DNA from: Octopus sinensis
Lineage: Eukaryota
NCBI RefSeq assembly: GCF_006345805.1
Contig: NC_042997.1
Coordinates: forward strand, 26,908,001 to 26,972,000
DNA length: 64,000 nucleotides
Reading direction: 5' to 3'
The notes under the pieces were generated by a model. The model did no database searches, was not told the origin of the DNA, and saw only the letters and a list, made by a program, of their open reading frames with translations. Made by a program: the position numbers and the translations under genes. The first letter of the stretch is position 1. Each line of letters starts with the position of its first letter. Shown in pieces: positions 25,656-40,138 of this stretch.

Positions 25656-28292
25656 TACAAATTTTATTTTGTAACAATCTCTAAAATGAGAAGTACAAGA
25701 TTCGAACTGTAGGTTGTACTAAGGTATTTGAAAAAAGCAAGGGAATAGTAATGTCCAATAGATAGAAGCTTGTGTTTATACGGAGTAATACAAAAAAAAT
25801 GAGAGGCAAAAATTTGAGATAGATAATAGTTTTGATAACAATTCTAATTATATATATACAATTACACCAATTTCTGTTTACCTTTGCAATGGTGCTATAT
25901 AGTATAATGCCATTGATACTGGAATACAAAGACTGCCGATGTGAACTTTACCTTTCATCTTTTCAGGGTCAATAAATTAATACCAATCCATGGAGGTGGA
26001 TTGCAGTGACTATGACAGCCTCCGATTGGACGCCTCACGGTAATTAAAACTCTTTGCGAATTCAATTCTAGGTATATCTTACTTGGGCGGTTGATGTAAT
26101 CGATTGCCCAGTTTATGCCCAGCACTTAACAACTTTGCTTTTATTAGCAGAGTCCTACCTGCTCCAAGCTATCGGTCTAGTTCTCCTCTTCATGAGTAAA
26201 TTCCTATTTTGTTGCCAAAATTCTCGGTGACCCTGTAAAAGTATAACGGATTTTACTTTTTCTCTTGACTAAACAATTTGAAAAATCTAGTGTATAAACG
26301 TGAAATTGAGTAAGTGGCTTGGATGTAAGATTACGGGTAATTTCACAGTCATCAATTCACCACAGGAGAATTCCCTGTGAAAAAAAGTTCATCGAGAAGA
26401 AAGTTCACCGTGGGGAAAGTGTTATCAAAAACATATATCCACAGTATCTCACAATTAATAGTTAAAAACTATTTTTAATTAAAAAAAAACGCCAAAAAAT
26501 AACGTGAATTGATGATGGTAAACTTGCTGGGTGTGAAGGTGTATATATACGATAAAACGTTTTTAGAATGTATTATGCATATACCTGCAGTTGCACTTCA
26601 ACAAATGGTCTCAGTTCAAATCAGCGGCTAGGTATATAATTGAAATGCCCGATTAAAATTCATAAAATAAATAAATTAAGTTCATGAATTATCAAGATAG
26701 GAAAGATCTGATGCTTTGAATAAAGATTCTGTTCCAGTCGAAGAGCTACACATATTATAATAGTCGTAGTAGTTTAGAAAGAATATTGTGCGATATTCGG
26801 GAAAGCTTTTAGAGTCGAACATATCTTCCATGTTAATGAGAAGCTATTATATCAGTTGAAATTGGTGCATGTTCACTTCTGTTTGAGAAGAGTTATATAG
26901 CGGAACGTGTTTGCTGGATTTAGACACAAGAATGTACTTCAAATGTAAAGAATCGTTTCTATAGAGAAATCAAATAACAATGAAGAAAGATACTCAAACG
27001 CTGAATAAAGAAAAATGTATTTATTCAAAAGTTTGAATTTAACAAGCTTGAACGCGAATGAAAGATGTAAAGGTCAAATACCTATTAGAAGTTATACCCA
27101 AGTGTGATATGCACTGCGATGTACAGAAGTAAGTGATACTCAAAATAAACAATGTTTTATGTGAGTTATAAATTTTGAAGGAAATCACAATTTCTTTGAG
27201 TTACGGAGCCACTTTTCCTGGGAGTAATCGGAAAATAAGTATCTGTTAGACAATTATTTCTAATATTCCTTTAAGAATATGAGATGAAGGAAAGATAAAT
27301 ATTCTTTGCATCTTTCGAGCATATGGAATCTCATTTCCTACTATTTTTTCAGCTAACTGAGCAAGATGCAAATGAAGATAGGTGCCTGGTCGATGTTTGA
27401 TGCAACACCAGCAACGGAATATGATTTAATGTGAACACAAACAGTCCCTTGGATATGAGAATTTGATAATAATACGAATAAAAGATATATTTCTATAAAG
27501 TCAGAAAGTACTTAATGCAAATATTGTGCGCAATATTAAATATAAATGCACGAGTTCCCATACATTAAACATGAGAAAATACAGATGACTTAATATCCCA
27601 AAATAAGTATGAAAATACGAGAAAATTTTCTGAAAGTATTACATAAATATTATTACAGTGTAATATTATTGAGATATACATATCACTTAAAAATTTTTGG
27701 TTAAATAATTCATGTCGCGCGATGCTTCGTGCAAACACAACTCAGAAAACATGACGCTTATATTTTAAGTTTAATATATTTTTCAATAACCTGTGTGAAG
27801 CCAACAGTTGAGTAATAATGCTGTAATTTCCGAAAATTTCAGCGAATATTAAACCCTCAGGAGCATATTATTTTTGTAACAGGTCTTGTTTTCCTATTTT
27901 TATGTACATTTACATCATTGATCTTTTTGATTAGTTTGTAAACTGTCTTAGGTAACTGTGTAAATTCTCATGAAGCGTGTTATGAAGGGATGATTTGAGA
28001 AATATACGATGGACGTTTGAATAAATATGTGAAAAAATTACTTATTCAATCAAGCGTTGTCTTTCACAATATACAGGTTATTAAATATTCATTTTACTTA
28101 AATGATTGTAATAATGCCGAATGTGTGGGCGGGAGGTTACGGGTATATACAATAGAAGAGTCTATCATTTATCAATTAATGAATTAATAACTTTCTCTGA
28201 AGGAATCAATCCAATATTTTGTCGTAATTTTCGTCCCAGAATCACCCTGACCGGACAAAATTGAGATTAAAGACAAAGCAACAATGAGCATG

Positions 28293-28530
28293 GCAGAGGC
28301 GTGTGGCTTAGTGCTTAAGGCGTTAGACACATGGTCGTGGTTTCAATTCATGGTTCGAGATGGCTTGCGTTCGTGAGCAAAGCACTTTGACATTGCTCCA
28401 GTCCAGTCAGTTGGAAGTAATGAATAATCCTGCGGGGGACGGGCGTCTCATCCAGGGAGTGAATACACACACTTCCACGAAAGTCTGGAAACTGGCCGTT
28501 ATGAACCTACGGGGCTCGAGGAAGGAAGGG
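28293..28530 (+). mobile_element. Degenerate tRNA-derived SINE, third family
   Basis: GGCGTGTGGCTTAGTGCTTAAGG A-box, GGTTTCAATTC B-box-like, TGAGCAAAGCACTT core shared with 45795-45920. Confidence 0.6.
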
Positions 28531-29673
28531 TGCTTCATCCTTATGCTTGACCATGGACATCCCCTCATTGTAACTGTGAAAGTGATTTAGTTGATATTTA
28601 CGCAAGGTACAGTGAAAATACAGAGGCTTCCACACTGGCTAGCTTACTGGGTCTCATTGTTACTCATACCTGAAGCAGAACAGGCCTGCAGGTTTCACCA
28701 CCAGCAGGCAGAGCTCGAAATCTATATAGTATATTTTCAAGAATCTATACATAGTATATTTTCTAAGACGTTTCTGTACTTGAAATCGATTACAGAGAGT
28801 GAAGTAAGCACAGTACTGCACACACTTTTCAAATAGAAGTGTTTCATCCCAGATGACCCATGATTGAGTAGAAGACAAGAATACAAACGATTTTCAAGTT
28901 TTCATTCGGAGTATATTTCGACACAGGGGATTCTAGAACAGGTAATCACTCACGAGGTGTTTCATACGAGTTCGATATTGATCATTTTGCCCCAGTGATA
29001 AATATCTATCTGTTTGTAAATACGCCTGTAAATATGTATGTATATGTATGTATATATATATATAATTCAATTTGTGTAATCTATATATAAATATAAATAA
29101 GCATATATATCTATATTGATATTTATTATATACTATTTTATATGCTTGTATATGCTTGTATATTTGTGTTTGTGTGTGCGCGCTGATGTGGTTATTTGTG
29201 TGTGCGTGTATGTGTTTGTGTGTGCGCGCGCGTGCTTTGCTTCTACCGGTTTAGGATATAAGAAAGTTTTGATTTCTTTATTCTTCCATTTCTATAAAGG
29301 CTTGAAAAGTTTGCGAGTAAGCAAAATGGTATTTTACAAAGTTTATATGTGTTTAGTAATTGAAGTTTTCAGAAGAGTAAAAGAAATAAATAAAGAAAAA
29401 TGTAAAATAGCTTCGTATAAGAATAATATCAAGCCAGATAATTCGATAAATCAAAGTTTACCTTGTTCCAACTTGGTCAAATATTTCCATCATTCAAAAT
29501 ATGTTCTTTCAATATCAACAGAAGATAAGCAACCACGTGTACCATATAATTCGATAATTCGATTAATCAATTATCTCCTTCATTCAATGTCTTTTAAGCT
29601 AGAAATATTTATACATACGCACATGCATTTATACATACACACAAACACACACGTATGTATGTGTGTGTATACT

Positions 29674-29783
29674 GAAAGAATTAGAAATAGCAGTCAGAGA
29701 CTGTTTATTTCCATTGGCTACAAGTGCCCCCACTTGTAGAAAGTGGAAATAAACAGTCTCTGACTGCTATTTCTAATTCTTTC
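29674..29783. repeat. Near-perfect 110-bp palindrome
   Basis: 40/40 arms 29674-29713 / 29744-29783, 4-nt internal mismatch, 9/9 inner stem CTACAAGTG/CACTTGTAG, CCCC loop. Confidence 0.95.
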
Positions 29784-29943
29784 CGTATGCGGCAGAGCAA
29801 CCTGTTGCCTGCCCTTTTACTTATATACTATATACACTGAACTCCACAGAAGTTCCCGCCTCTAAAGGTCATATTTACATACCGAAATCTACCGGTAAAT
29901 AATTGTTGGTTGTCTGAAAAACCATCGAAAAAATATTTACCCT

Positions 29944-30033
<90 letters not shown>

Positions 30034-30797
30034 ATATATACATGTGCGTGTAGGTATATACATTATGTGCATATTTATATACATTTGCATAGTTCAAAGT
30101 TTTACTTAATCCAATAACACGTTTTTATGTTCATTCACATAAAAGAAATTCTTTTTTGTCCTCGTTCTGGCATATAATGAAATATTTAGAATTTGATATT
30201 TAGATAGCATAATGACCCTATTAGATACATTTTAAATTGTTTCTAAGTCTATTAGAACGCAATTAGATTTTTAATTTGAAGCCGAATTGAAAAAATATAT
30301 GTGTAAAAATACAAGCGTCAATATTAGGAATTTTATTTTATACAGAATTTGTATGCATTCTAATATGTGCGTATCTGTTTAGCATGTCTCTGATGAAAGC
30401 ACCCTTTGAACTGTGGCTAATAGGAAACAGTTTATACATATATTTATATAGAAATTATACGTGAGGCGTGGTTATGTGTAAGAGGTTTCCTTCCCAACCT
30501 CATGGCTCTAGGATCAATCCGAATGCGTGACACCTTGGTCGAGTCTTAGGCCAACCCATCCAGCGGGTGTGAATTTAGTAGACGGCCATTGAAAGAAAAA
30601 GTTAATCGTGTTTCAAATGGCGTAGGAACAATTTAACATGTATATAATTATAGGATCATTATACTATCTAAATACCAAATTCTAAATATTTTTAATATAT
30701 ACCAGAGCAAGGAAAATGTTTAATTTCTTTTATTCTATTTTTTTTTTCGAAAAATATAAATCCGGCGAAGAAGCACAATCTAAGAAGTAGACCAGTC

Positions 30798-30977
30798 TAT
30801 ATTAATCACTGGTGAATGTCGATTTATAGGGATACCGTAGGTTTTTCGCCATAAAGGGTACCGCCTCCATGTTTTAGGATACCATATGCCAACAGGTCTT
30901 AGGGTCTGAAGATACGCCATTTATGGCGAGAAACCCAGGGTAACCCTATACACCACCTTCACCAGTAATTTATATAT
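30798..30977. mobile_element. Small MITE-like foldback, ~55-bp imperfect TIRs
   Basis: ACTGGTGAA...TATAGGGATACCGTAGGTTTTTCGCCATAAA vs TTTATGGCGAGAAACCCAGGGTAACCCTATA...TTCACCAGT. Confidence 0.65.
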
Positions 30978-31329
30978 ATATAGTAAAGATTATTTGCCAA
31001 CAGAATGTGACGGTCCCGTAAAGGACATTGTTACTGTTGTTTAAGCCCCAGGAAAACATCTTTTCTAGCTGGCTACCGACACACAGTCTATGTCTGTATA
31101 CTATTTGCAAGGGAAGTCATCGTTCCCATCTCCAGCCTTACATGATACTCACAAAGCAGAGCAATAATTTCTCACAGTAGCAATGTTATTAACCGTAATT
31201 CATTCCCAGAAAAATATTTTACCTATAAAATTTGTAATACTTGTAAATAAATTGCAATAAACAACATTAGAATGTAAAAAAAAAATTATGTAAAGTAAAA
31301 GAATGTGAAGATATTTATAAAAAAAATAT

Positions 31330-31648
31330 TATAATCGTTTTCTGTAACCTTTTCACTCGCATTAGACTCGCATACACCATCACTTGAAGACGCGATCGCC
31401 GATTCACAAGCACTCGTAGACGTACTTGTAGATTTCTCTTTAAAATACAAATCTAGAGTTGTTTGCTTAGAAGAAGCCTTTTTTCGTTTTTTTCGCTCTC
31501 TATAAATTTCTCGGTAATACGCAGATGCATTTCTTATGATAGTATAAACTTTTGCACTTCGTTAAAAATTGTGATCTGGTGCTTGAAAAATATAACTCGT
31601 AAAATCGGGGTGTTGTAAAGCGGGTCCTCGCAAAGTGAGATATCACTA
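31330..31648 (-). pseudogene. Tigger/pogo-type transposase C-terminal relic joined to a TIR-like end
   Basis: Minus-strand translation APDHNF*RSAKVYTIIRNASAYYREIYRERKKRKKASSKQTTLDLYFKEK matches the Tigger C-terminal pattern (DPNxERSxKV...YREIY..KK...QTxLDxFF); TAGTGATATCTCACTTTGCG at 31648 resembles a Tigger TIR. Confidence 0.65.
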
Positions 31649-31956
31649 TCTATGTATGTGCTAGTGTGTGTGTTTGTGTGCGTGCGTGTTTCTGAATGTG
31701 TGAGTGTTCCGTCAGCGATTTGGTAAAAGTGACCAAAAGAGAATAAAAATTACGTGCTGAGGTCGATTCGTACGACGAAAATTCTTCAAAGTGGTGTGCC
31801 AGACTGGGTGCAGTCAGTCCAATGACTGAAGCAAATAAAAGATAAAAGATGGAAGATATGTAAATTAAAAGAAAATAAGAAATTGATTTGTGAACAAAAT
31901 TTGCAACCAGAAAATGGCGACCTTAAGTTGAAAACACCTGCTGAAGATAAAACAGT

Positions 31957-32649
31957 GGTCCTGTCAAGTCGCTAGAAGATAGTAGGAGTGCACTCCCTTG
32001 CTTACAACATATATATATAGGATGCAAACTGCATCGATAACCAGCAAGTGGAGGCGTCCTCTTCAGTTTGAAAATGGTCGTAATTCGGTTCGTACGGGAT
32101 AGCCATATTGAAGTGGCGACAAACATTCTTTCTGACTATAGTTACTACTTCTAACTAGCTACTTTGCTTGTTGCAAGATCAGTGACTGATTGTCACTTAT
32201 TTTTCCTATATATTGCGAGCTGGAACAGACTATTGCTATCTCTAACGGACAGGAGTCCGCCAATGAGGATGCATCCGAAACTGAGTGGTCTGACGGTCCT
32301 GTCAAGTCGCTAGAAGATGGTAGGGTTACGCTACGATGTTTAAAAATGGTCGTAATTCGGTTCGTACGGGATAGCCATATTGAAGTGGCGACAAACATTC
32401 CTTCTGACTATAGTTACTACTTCTAACTAGCTACTTTGCTTGTTGCAAGATCAGTGACTGATTGTCACTTATTTTTCCTATATATTGCGAGCTGGAACAG
32501 ACTATTGTTATCTCTAACGGACAGGAGTCCGCCAATGAGGATGCACCCGAAACTGAGTGGTCTGACGGTCCTGTCAAGTCGCTAGAAGATGGTAGGGTTA
32601 CGCTACCCTGCTTGCAATATATATCGGGTGCAAACTGCATTGATAACCA
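31957..32649 (+). repeat. Tandem duplication with 272-bp period (A-B-C-D-A-C-D-A-B)
   Basis: CTAACTAGCTACTTTGC at 32151 and 32423; GGTCCTGTCAAGTCGCTAGAAGAT three times; block B (CTTGCTT..ATATAT..TGCAAACTGCAT.GATAACCA) only in the first and last copies. Confidence 0.92.
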
Positions 32650-35586
32650 TTTACGCTATTTATTATACTCGAACCACGTTACAGCACTCAGTGGTTGCAT
32701 TCCAACGTCTGGCAAGCTGTGAGCGAAAGTGTCAGTTACAGCAGAATCGCAAATGAATAGGAGATTCGAATGTTGTAGGAAACATAACATTCTCCCCAGG
32801 AATTAAATATCGCAGTAGTCCAGCGTGGTGGGTTCAAAAGTTGTACATATGCGCCCGCTGCGACTGGAATGTTATATATGTGTGTGTATCTGTGCGTGTG
32901 CTTGTCTGTGTATCTGTGTGTCAGTGTGTGTCTCTGTGCGTGTTTGTGCAAGTGTATGTACGTATGAATGAATATATATTCAGAACAAAATGGCTGAGAT
33001 ATAATTAGAAGTATGTAGAAACAGAAATGAAAATATAATCAAGTAAATTTGTGTAAATACAAAAGCGACCTCTAAATCTGCTTGTGAATGTGTTTGCGCG
33101 TGTATTTATACACATATATCCATCCAACCATACAGCCTAACTATATATACATATATATATATATATATAATATATATATATATATATTATATATATATAT
33201 ATATATAATATATATATATATAAACATGCGCACACATATATATATATATATAGTGAGATAGTGAATGAACAACAGAGGCTATTAAATAGCGTATATAATT
33301 GATCAATTACTTTACATTACGTATACTCGTATCATAGTCGATTGTTGAAAGTAAACGTCTTGGATTCTAATCAATGACAAGATAAATCTCTGTTGTTCAA
33401 TGGATCAAATAGGTATAATTCCGCTCTTCTTTTTTTATCTCTTCCGCATTCTATTCACTGGCCTGGAATGCATTTCGTTGCTGTGACGGAATTAGCCTAC
33501 TATTGTTCTTTTTTTGTCTTTCTTTTAAGGATTAGACACAATTATTCGGTTTTATTCATGTGTATGAATAGCATTTTCGTTCTGTTTGTCAACAGACATT
33601 TTGAATATAATTAGAGACTTGTAACCTATTTCATTTTAAGCTCGTTTTGCTTGGTAATTAATTGTAACGAAGGAAGTGGGGACTCTGAAGTAAAAGAGTC
33701 ACTTAAATCATATCGACTGGCTCTAAATGACGTATCCTTCCTTCCGCACATTAGTCGTATAGATCAAAAAAATTAATATGAGGCAACAATAGGAGCTCTA
33801 AAATGATCGCTCGAATTTCTCGAAATAACAGCCAAATTTCTTTTAAATCAGACCTCCATTCTTAAGCCCTCGGCTATCTTCACCGGACTGCACTTAGTCT
33901 CTGTCAATCATGCTGATCGTCAACTGAAAATAAATTCCATTTCTTCCTCCCACCACTCTCAGAAATCCGAGAATACTTGTCATTCACATTAGTTTCCATT
34001 CGTCACTTAATCATCCTCTTCATAAGGATATATATATATCTTATAATGGGATATTTTCTTCTCATTAGTATATATTTTTTTCCGCATCCATATATATTTT
34101 CTCATTCGTATATATATTTCATTTTACAGAATCTTTCCAGCTTGAACTTCCATAAGGCAAACTGGAAACAAATTGAGAAAGATTCGCTTGTAGTTTCATC
34201 GCGTAACTGTTTGAGGACACCGGCGATATCTTCTAATTACTGCAGGCACACAGATACACAAACAAAACTGATTTTGTTTACACTGACAAGTCTGTCCCAT
34301 GTCATATATTTAAACAGTATTTGATAGTTGTCAAAGATTTTATACAGTTTCTGGGGAAAATACATATAGACTAATTATTGCAGATGTAAATGTGTACGTT
34401 GTAAGCGTTGTATTTTTAATGATTCGATCAGATTCTTAATCTCATACGACGCTTCCTATCTGGTAGTTTATAATCCAATTATATTGGTTTCACCAATCTT
34501 AGTTCAAGGAAATGACTACCATATTAAAACAAATGAGTAGAAGGCATTTACAAGCAAATAAGAAAAAGGAGAAGAAAGAAAAGAAAACAACTCCTGATTT
34601 ATTTTGTTCTCTGTTAATGCAAAAGATTATTCTTGCGATCGATAGGAAACTACTGCGTCAACAGTAAAATAAACGGATGTCAGACATGATTTCGTTCTCG
34701 CAATCTTTCGCAAAGTAATACCGTCTTGTTGATGCGGTTTGTTAATTACAAGAACTGAAGTGTAAACGGGAAAAACAAAACACACGCGTCAACTAAATTT
34801 CTATTTAAGCTTCTTTAGGTATATTTTTATGTTTTTATTGTTGTTTGTCTATTGTCAGGTCAGCAATGGGATTCACATTGTTTTCTGTATCCCGCCCCTA
34901 TTCAAGACTGTAATTCGCTATTTAAATTAAATCTCATTTTTTATTTTTTTTTAGCTAGCGGTAAGACACACTACGTGTTAGCTCGTATTCTTTGTTGACT
35001 CTCTTGAAATGCAGAACAGTGATAGTTTTAATAATATTACTGAAGCTTTTTTTTTTATATTTCCATATATATATTTATACAATGTATTGTGATTAGAATA
35101 AAAGTGGTATATTTCACAGTATTGCGTCGAAATATTCTAGAAGTGTTATAGATAGTCTCTTGTGAAGATTAAAAATAACTATCGAGTTAAACAACAGGTA
35201 ATTTTTCAGGTCAAGCATTTTTAATTCATGTATAATTCAGCTGCGAAGATGTAGTGCGTGCAGATAATGATAATGTAAAATTGTGCAATGTTTTAACCAA
35301 AGACGAATTATCTGCAAGTTAGGTCCGCCTTGTGCAACTGGCATAAATATCAACATCATATTACCTGAGCCAAGAGTAGCCATTGATTTGTCGCTCGACG
35401 AGCTAGAGAAATTTTTTCGGACCACACCCTGTATGAAGGTGTGATTAGCATTTTGTATATAGTTGAATATACTGGACAGTGAACTCCTGGATACAAAAAT
35501 TTGAGAATGTTGATTTAAATATTATTCGTATCAAAACAGATAGCATATGACCTGAATAAAATCTGCTTAGTTTAATGAAGATTAAA

Positions 35587-35670
<84 letters not shown>

Positions 35671-36454
35671 TCACATTTATTTTATATTTCTCACACTCAG
35701 TACAGCATGTTTATTTATCGCAATATATCTTAAACCATTAAACCGGCTATTTCCTGTATATATATTGTAAATGTAAACAAAATCATAATCCTTGAAATAT
35801 AGTAGTTATTTTATCATTTCTTAATGTGCTTCCAGTGCTGTAAAGAAAATAGTAATATGTTATATACCTGCTTAAAATGTACACTTTTGAAATTTAATTT
35901 CGTTACAAGGTAGTGCTCCAGAATGGACTGAAACCAATAAAAATGATTATATCAGCTCAGTTATTAATTTCATGTTAAGCTATCGATGTAATTATAAAGA
36001 AACAATAAAGAATAATGGTAATTCGTAACAGATTCTGGTTTCCTTCAACTTCTATAATAATTAATATGAACATTTATAAAGATGAAAAGATGTGAATAGA
36101 AGATAAACGCTCTAAAGAATTGACCATATTAAAAATAAAATAAAAAGTAAGTGATTGCTCTCCGAGTCCGATTATATCTGTAGTAAAAGATAACAGAACC
36201 AGGAGGCAATTTAAGTCTCCTGAGTACCACTGGACAGATGGGAACTGAGTGGTTCTCCGTCGGTCAGTAGCCGTTATTGAGTAAGAGATTTAGCTCATTG
36301 CACAGTTTTCACTAACACCCGATTCTTTGATGCGTTAGGCGGATTCACTCAGCACACACCCGGTCTATAAGTATTGTAATTTTGCAACATGTCATTATGT
36401 CTTATCGGCTATACTAAACTATGAAGAAATGTATGTTCTTTAATCTATTTAGAT

Positions 36455-36838
36455 CAGGAGTTCCCAACTATTTTTTTTTACCTATGGAGCCTTTGATTAC
36501 TATTGTATTCTGGTAGAGCCCCTTTGATTACTATTTTCTACAGGTGCACTCCATAGCCATCCAATGTTTAAAAAGTAGTTTTATAGACACTTCATCCAAA
36601 ATGCTATTTTGTTTTTCACTTATTCCCTTGTTCAGGTAGAATTATGTAAGATGTTAGAGAAAGAAACACATCTATTGTAATACATACCAAACAAACATCT
36701 AATGCAAAATTTTTCAGAGGCCGTTAAAATACTATTGTGGATGCCCAATTTATATTTTGTTGGGTGGACCCCCAAAGATCTTATATGGACCCCTTAAGAT
36801 CTTATAGGGGTTATATGGGTCCCAGTTGAGAACCCCTG
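36455..36838. mobile_element. hAT-type MITE (384 bp)
   Basis: TIRs CAGGAGTTCCCAACT / AGTTGAGAACCCCTG (13/15) of the Charlie-like CAGGGGTTCYCAAC type; 8-bp TSD only partly matched. Confidence 0.7.
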
Positions 36839-38952
36839 TATTAAATGAATAAATAATGACAGATGTTCTGGAGGATTTTGAAAGCGCTATAAAGATTGCA
36901 GACGACATTAATTTGTTAAGATTAAAATTAATCTCGAAAATATTAATTATTGCTTATGTGCAGAAATCCATACGTGACAAACGTCATATCATGATAACAA
37001 GAAAATTATAAGGCACAAAAAGAAAATGACTCTCCCCAGACACAACTAGAAAATAATGACTATTCGTTATTGTTTATATGGACCCCGTATATAAAGTTCA
37101 AATCAATAACACGTTGTTAGGACCGATTGAGGTATCCACTTCGATTCTCTAATCAACGAACATGTTGCATATGAAACGGAGATAAAAAGTATGCCTGGCT
37201 AATTAATAACAGGATTAGATTTTATGCAAGAAAATTATGAATAATAACATATAAATCCTTTTTTTCAATTTGGGGATTGATTGCATCATTAATAAAACGT
37301 ATCCCGACTGAGATGGACAATGCCTATATATCTTCAAAGTTAATAAATTTGACCAGGCAATTGCTTGGAAATAAGTGGCTACATGAATATATTCGGCTCA
37401 GTGTTAAGTGAGCTGAAGAAATTAATTTTCGAAAGGAATTTCACAATGTGCTGATGAAGTATATACTCTCAGTAAGAAATATATTATATAATAGACAGAT
37501 TCTTTATACTCATTAATGCTTCTAAAATAAGTGACTGGGTGATGTCTCGTGCCAGAGTTCAGAGCAAGATCAAAAGTTAATGGCCAGTTTAATTAGCCAT
37601 AAGCTATCCGTACGAAACAGTTGCTCTTGCCTATAATTTTATTAAAGAATTACAGTGAATTGGTGAATTGTTCGTTGATTTGTAGTGTTGCAATCAAATC
37701 TTAACTTTCTATGAAGGTAATCCGTTCTTAGATGAATACTTGTACGGTATTTCAATAAATTTTGATTTATTGATAATAATGACGTCATTTTCTGTTTAGT
37801 ACTAAAAACGATGGCTACTTAATATTCAATATATAAAATAATATAATAGAATCCTTAATTATTTCATACTATTTGAACTCATATGTATATGTATATATGT
37901 AGGTATATACATCTTTATATATGTGTATGTATGAGTGTTTGTGTGTTGATTTTATCCGGATAACATTTGCTATGGGTGTTTTGAAATGTCTATCAAAACT
38001 TAACTGAGTATAAATATAAGATATCAGATTCCAGTTGAAGAATTTATAAATGCAATTTCGTATTTGCTAATTTCCACGTTATGCGAATAAAATTATCTGA
38101 TACGGGATCTGATATAAGATGTTCTTTTAGCTTTATGTTCATGGAATTTGTAGAAAGATGTATGAAAATGATTTATTTACAACCGATATGGTTGTGTTCT
38201 TCAATTAGAAGCACTTTGCTGTTGGAATTAAAATATGAAATTCCTATGAAGATAAATGTGGAGGTATTCAAGAAAGAAAATTTTGAGAAGAAGCGTCTCT
38301 CATTGCAAATCCACAGAAAGATTTCAGTAAGATAAGTTCTTAATACTTCCGTTTGAATAGAGATACAATCTGTTAAATCTGGTATTGCTTTGAGATATGA
38401 CGAGTCTCAAATTTGAAATATAATATACAGGTTCTATTTAGATGGAAAAACTTTTCTGAATATATGCACGACTCATCAACATTCATAAACTGACCGCATT
38501 ATGAAGAATCATCTTATCTTTGTAGTTTTATTCAGTACAATATTATCATTGCTTCACATTTGAGTGGTTACTCACTCGTTTCCAACCGGCTAATCATTGG
38601 CTCATTGAATTTTTGACGACGAGAGTAACAAAGATGTCACTGATCTTTTTTCTTTCTCTTCCTTTTTATTTTTTTCGGTTCCTATCAAGTGTTATAATAT
38701 TTTGATGTAGAATATAAACATCTACGTGAAAAAGCACGGTTGTATGAACGGAACAATTCTTGCATTAATACTTTGAACTAAAATTAACAATGCTTTCAGT
38801 GTTACTCTCTTATATTACATGCCTTCCAATTTCGTAGGTGCACATACTTTTAAGAATTAATTTTAGAATGTATTTCAATTCATCTCTCAGTGTATGCATT
38901 TGGTTTAGAATCACAAGGGATAAATATATCACATTCGTGGTAATTATTTCAC

Positions 38953-38954
<2 letters not shown>

Positions 38955-39015
<61 letters not shown>

Positions 39016-39025
39016 GATCTATCTA

Positions 39026-39102
<77 letters not shown>

Positions 39103-39106
39103 TATA
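38955..39106. repeat. Compound (TCTA)n(TC)n(TA)n microsatellite
   Basis: Direct reading. Confidence 0.96.
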
Positions 39107-39698
39107 TATTAAATTAGAGATAAAATCACTACTAGGCAAATCAAACAGTGAAAATCATAAGCCAATACATAGAAATAAAATTAATTAAAAAATATAAAAA
39201 TATAAAAATCCAAATTTTACTCTATATCTTATTAAACTTTTAATACTTTTTGATAGTTTATAAAAAATAAATAAATATAAAAATATAAAAATATAAAAAT
39301 ATAAAAAATATAATTTTTTTTAAATATTAAAAAAAAATAAATAAATATAAATTTTAAAAAAAATAAATAAATATAAATTTTAAAAAAAATAAATAAATAA
39401 TTAAATAAAATAATAATAAAAATATATATATATTTATAACTTATAAGTTTAAATTATTAATTTAAATAATTTTTTTAAATGTTAACTTTAATTTAAATAT
39501 TTTAATTGGATTTTTATATTTTATATTTTATATTTTTTTAATTAATTTTATTTCTATTTATTGGCTTATGATTTTCACTGTTTGATTTGCCTAGTAGTGG
39601 TTTTATTTCTAATTTAATATAATATATATTATACAATAAAATTAGATTTAATCCTAAATCTAATTTTTCCCTGTAAGTTTGGATTTACTCCCTAATAT

Positions 39699-39699
<1 letters not shown>
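39107..39699. mobile_element. AT-rich foldback element of the 58782-61340 family, flanked by (AT)n
   Basis: Arms 39107-39213 / 39506-39619; the extra terminus 39620-39699 is the reverse complement of 58782-58860. Confidence 0.8.
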
Positions 39700-39770
<71 letters not shown>

Positions 39771-40138
39771 CTATCTATTTATCTATCTATTTATCTGTCT
39801 GTTTGTCTGTTTGTCTGCCTGTGTGTCAATCTGTCTGCCTGTCTGTTTATCTCTTTTTCTCTAGCTGAAATTGTATGGGTGTACGCAGATGTGTATCTAT
39901 ATATGTATGAATATATATGCATACATATGCACACATATAGTGACATCAAGACAACCAATGCTTTTCTCAGAAACTTTCATCTACGCGAAGTATAAGAGAT
40001 CGACTAACATCGTAAAATAAAGTACATGACAAATCTAGTGCTCATAATGGAATTTTCGCTGAAGTATACTTGAGTAACATGCAAAAATGCTAGTTCTAAA
40101 ATATCTCTAAGAGATCAGCGCAGCAGTTGTAGTGAGAA

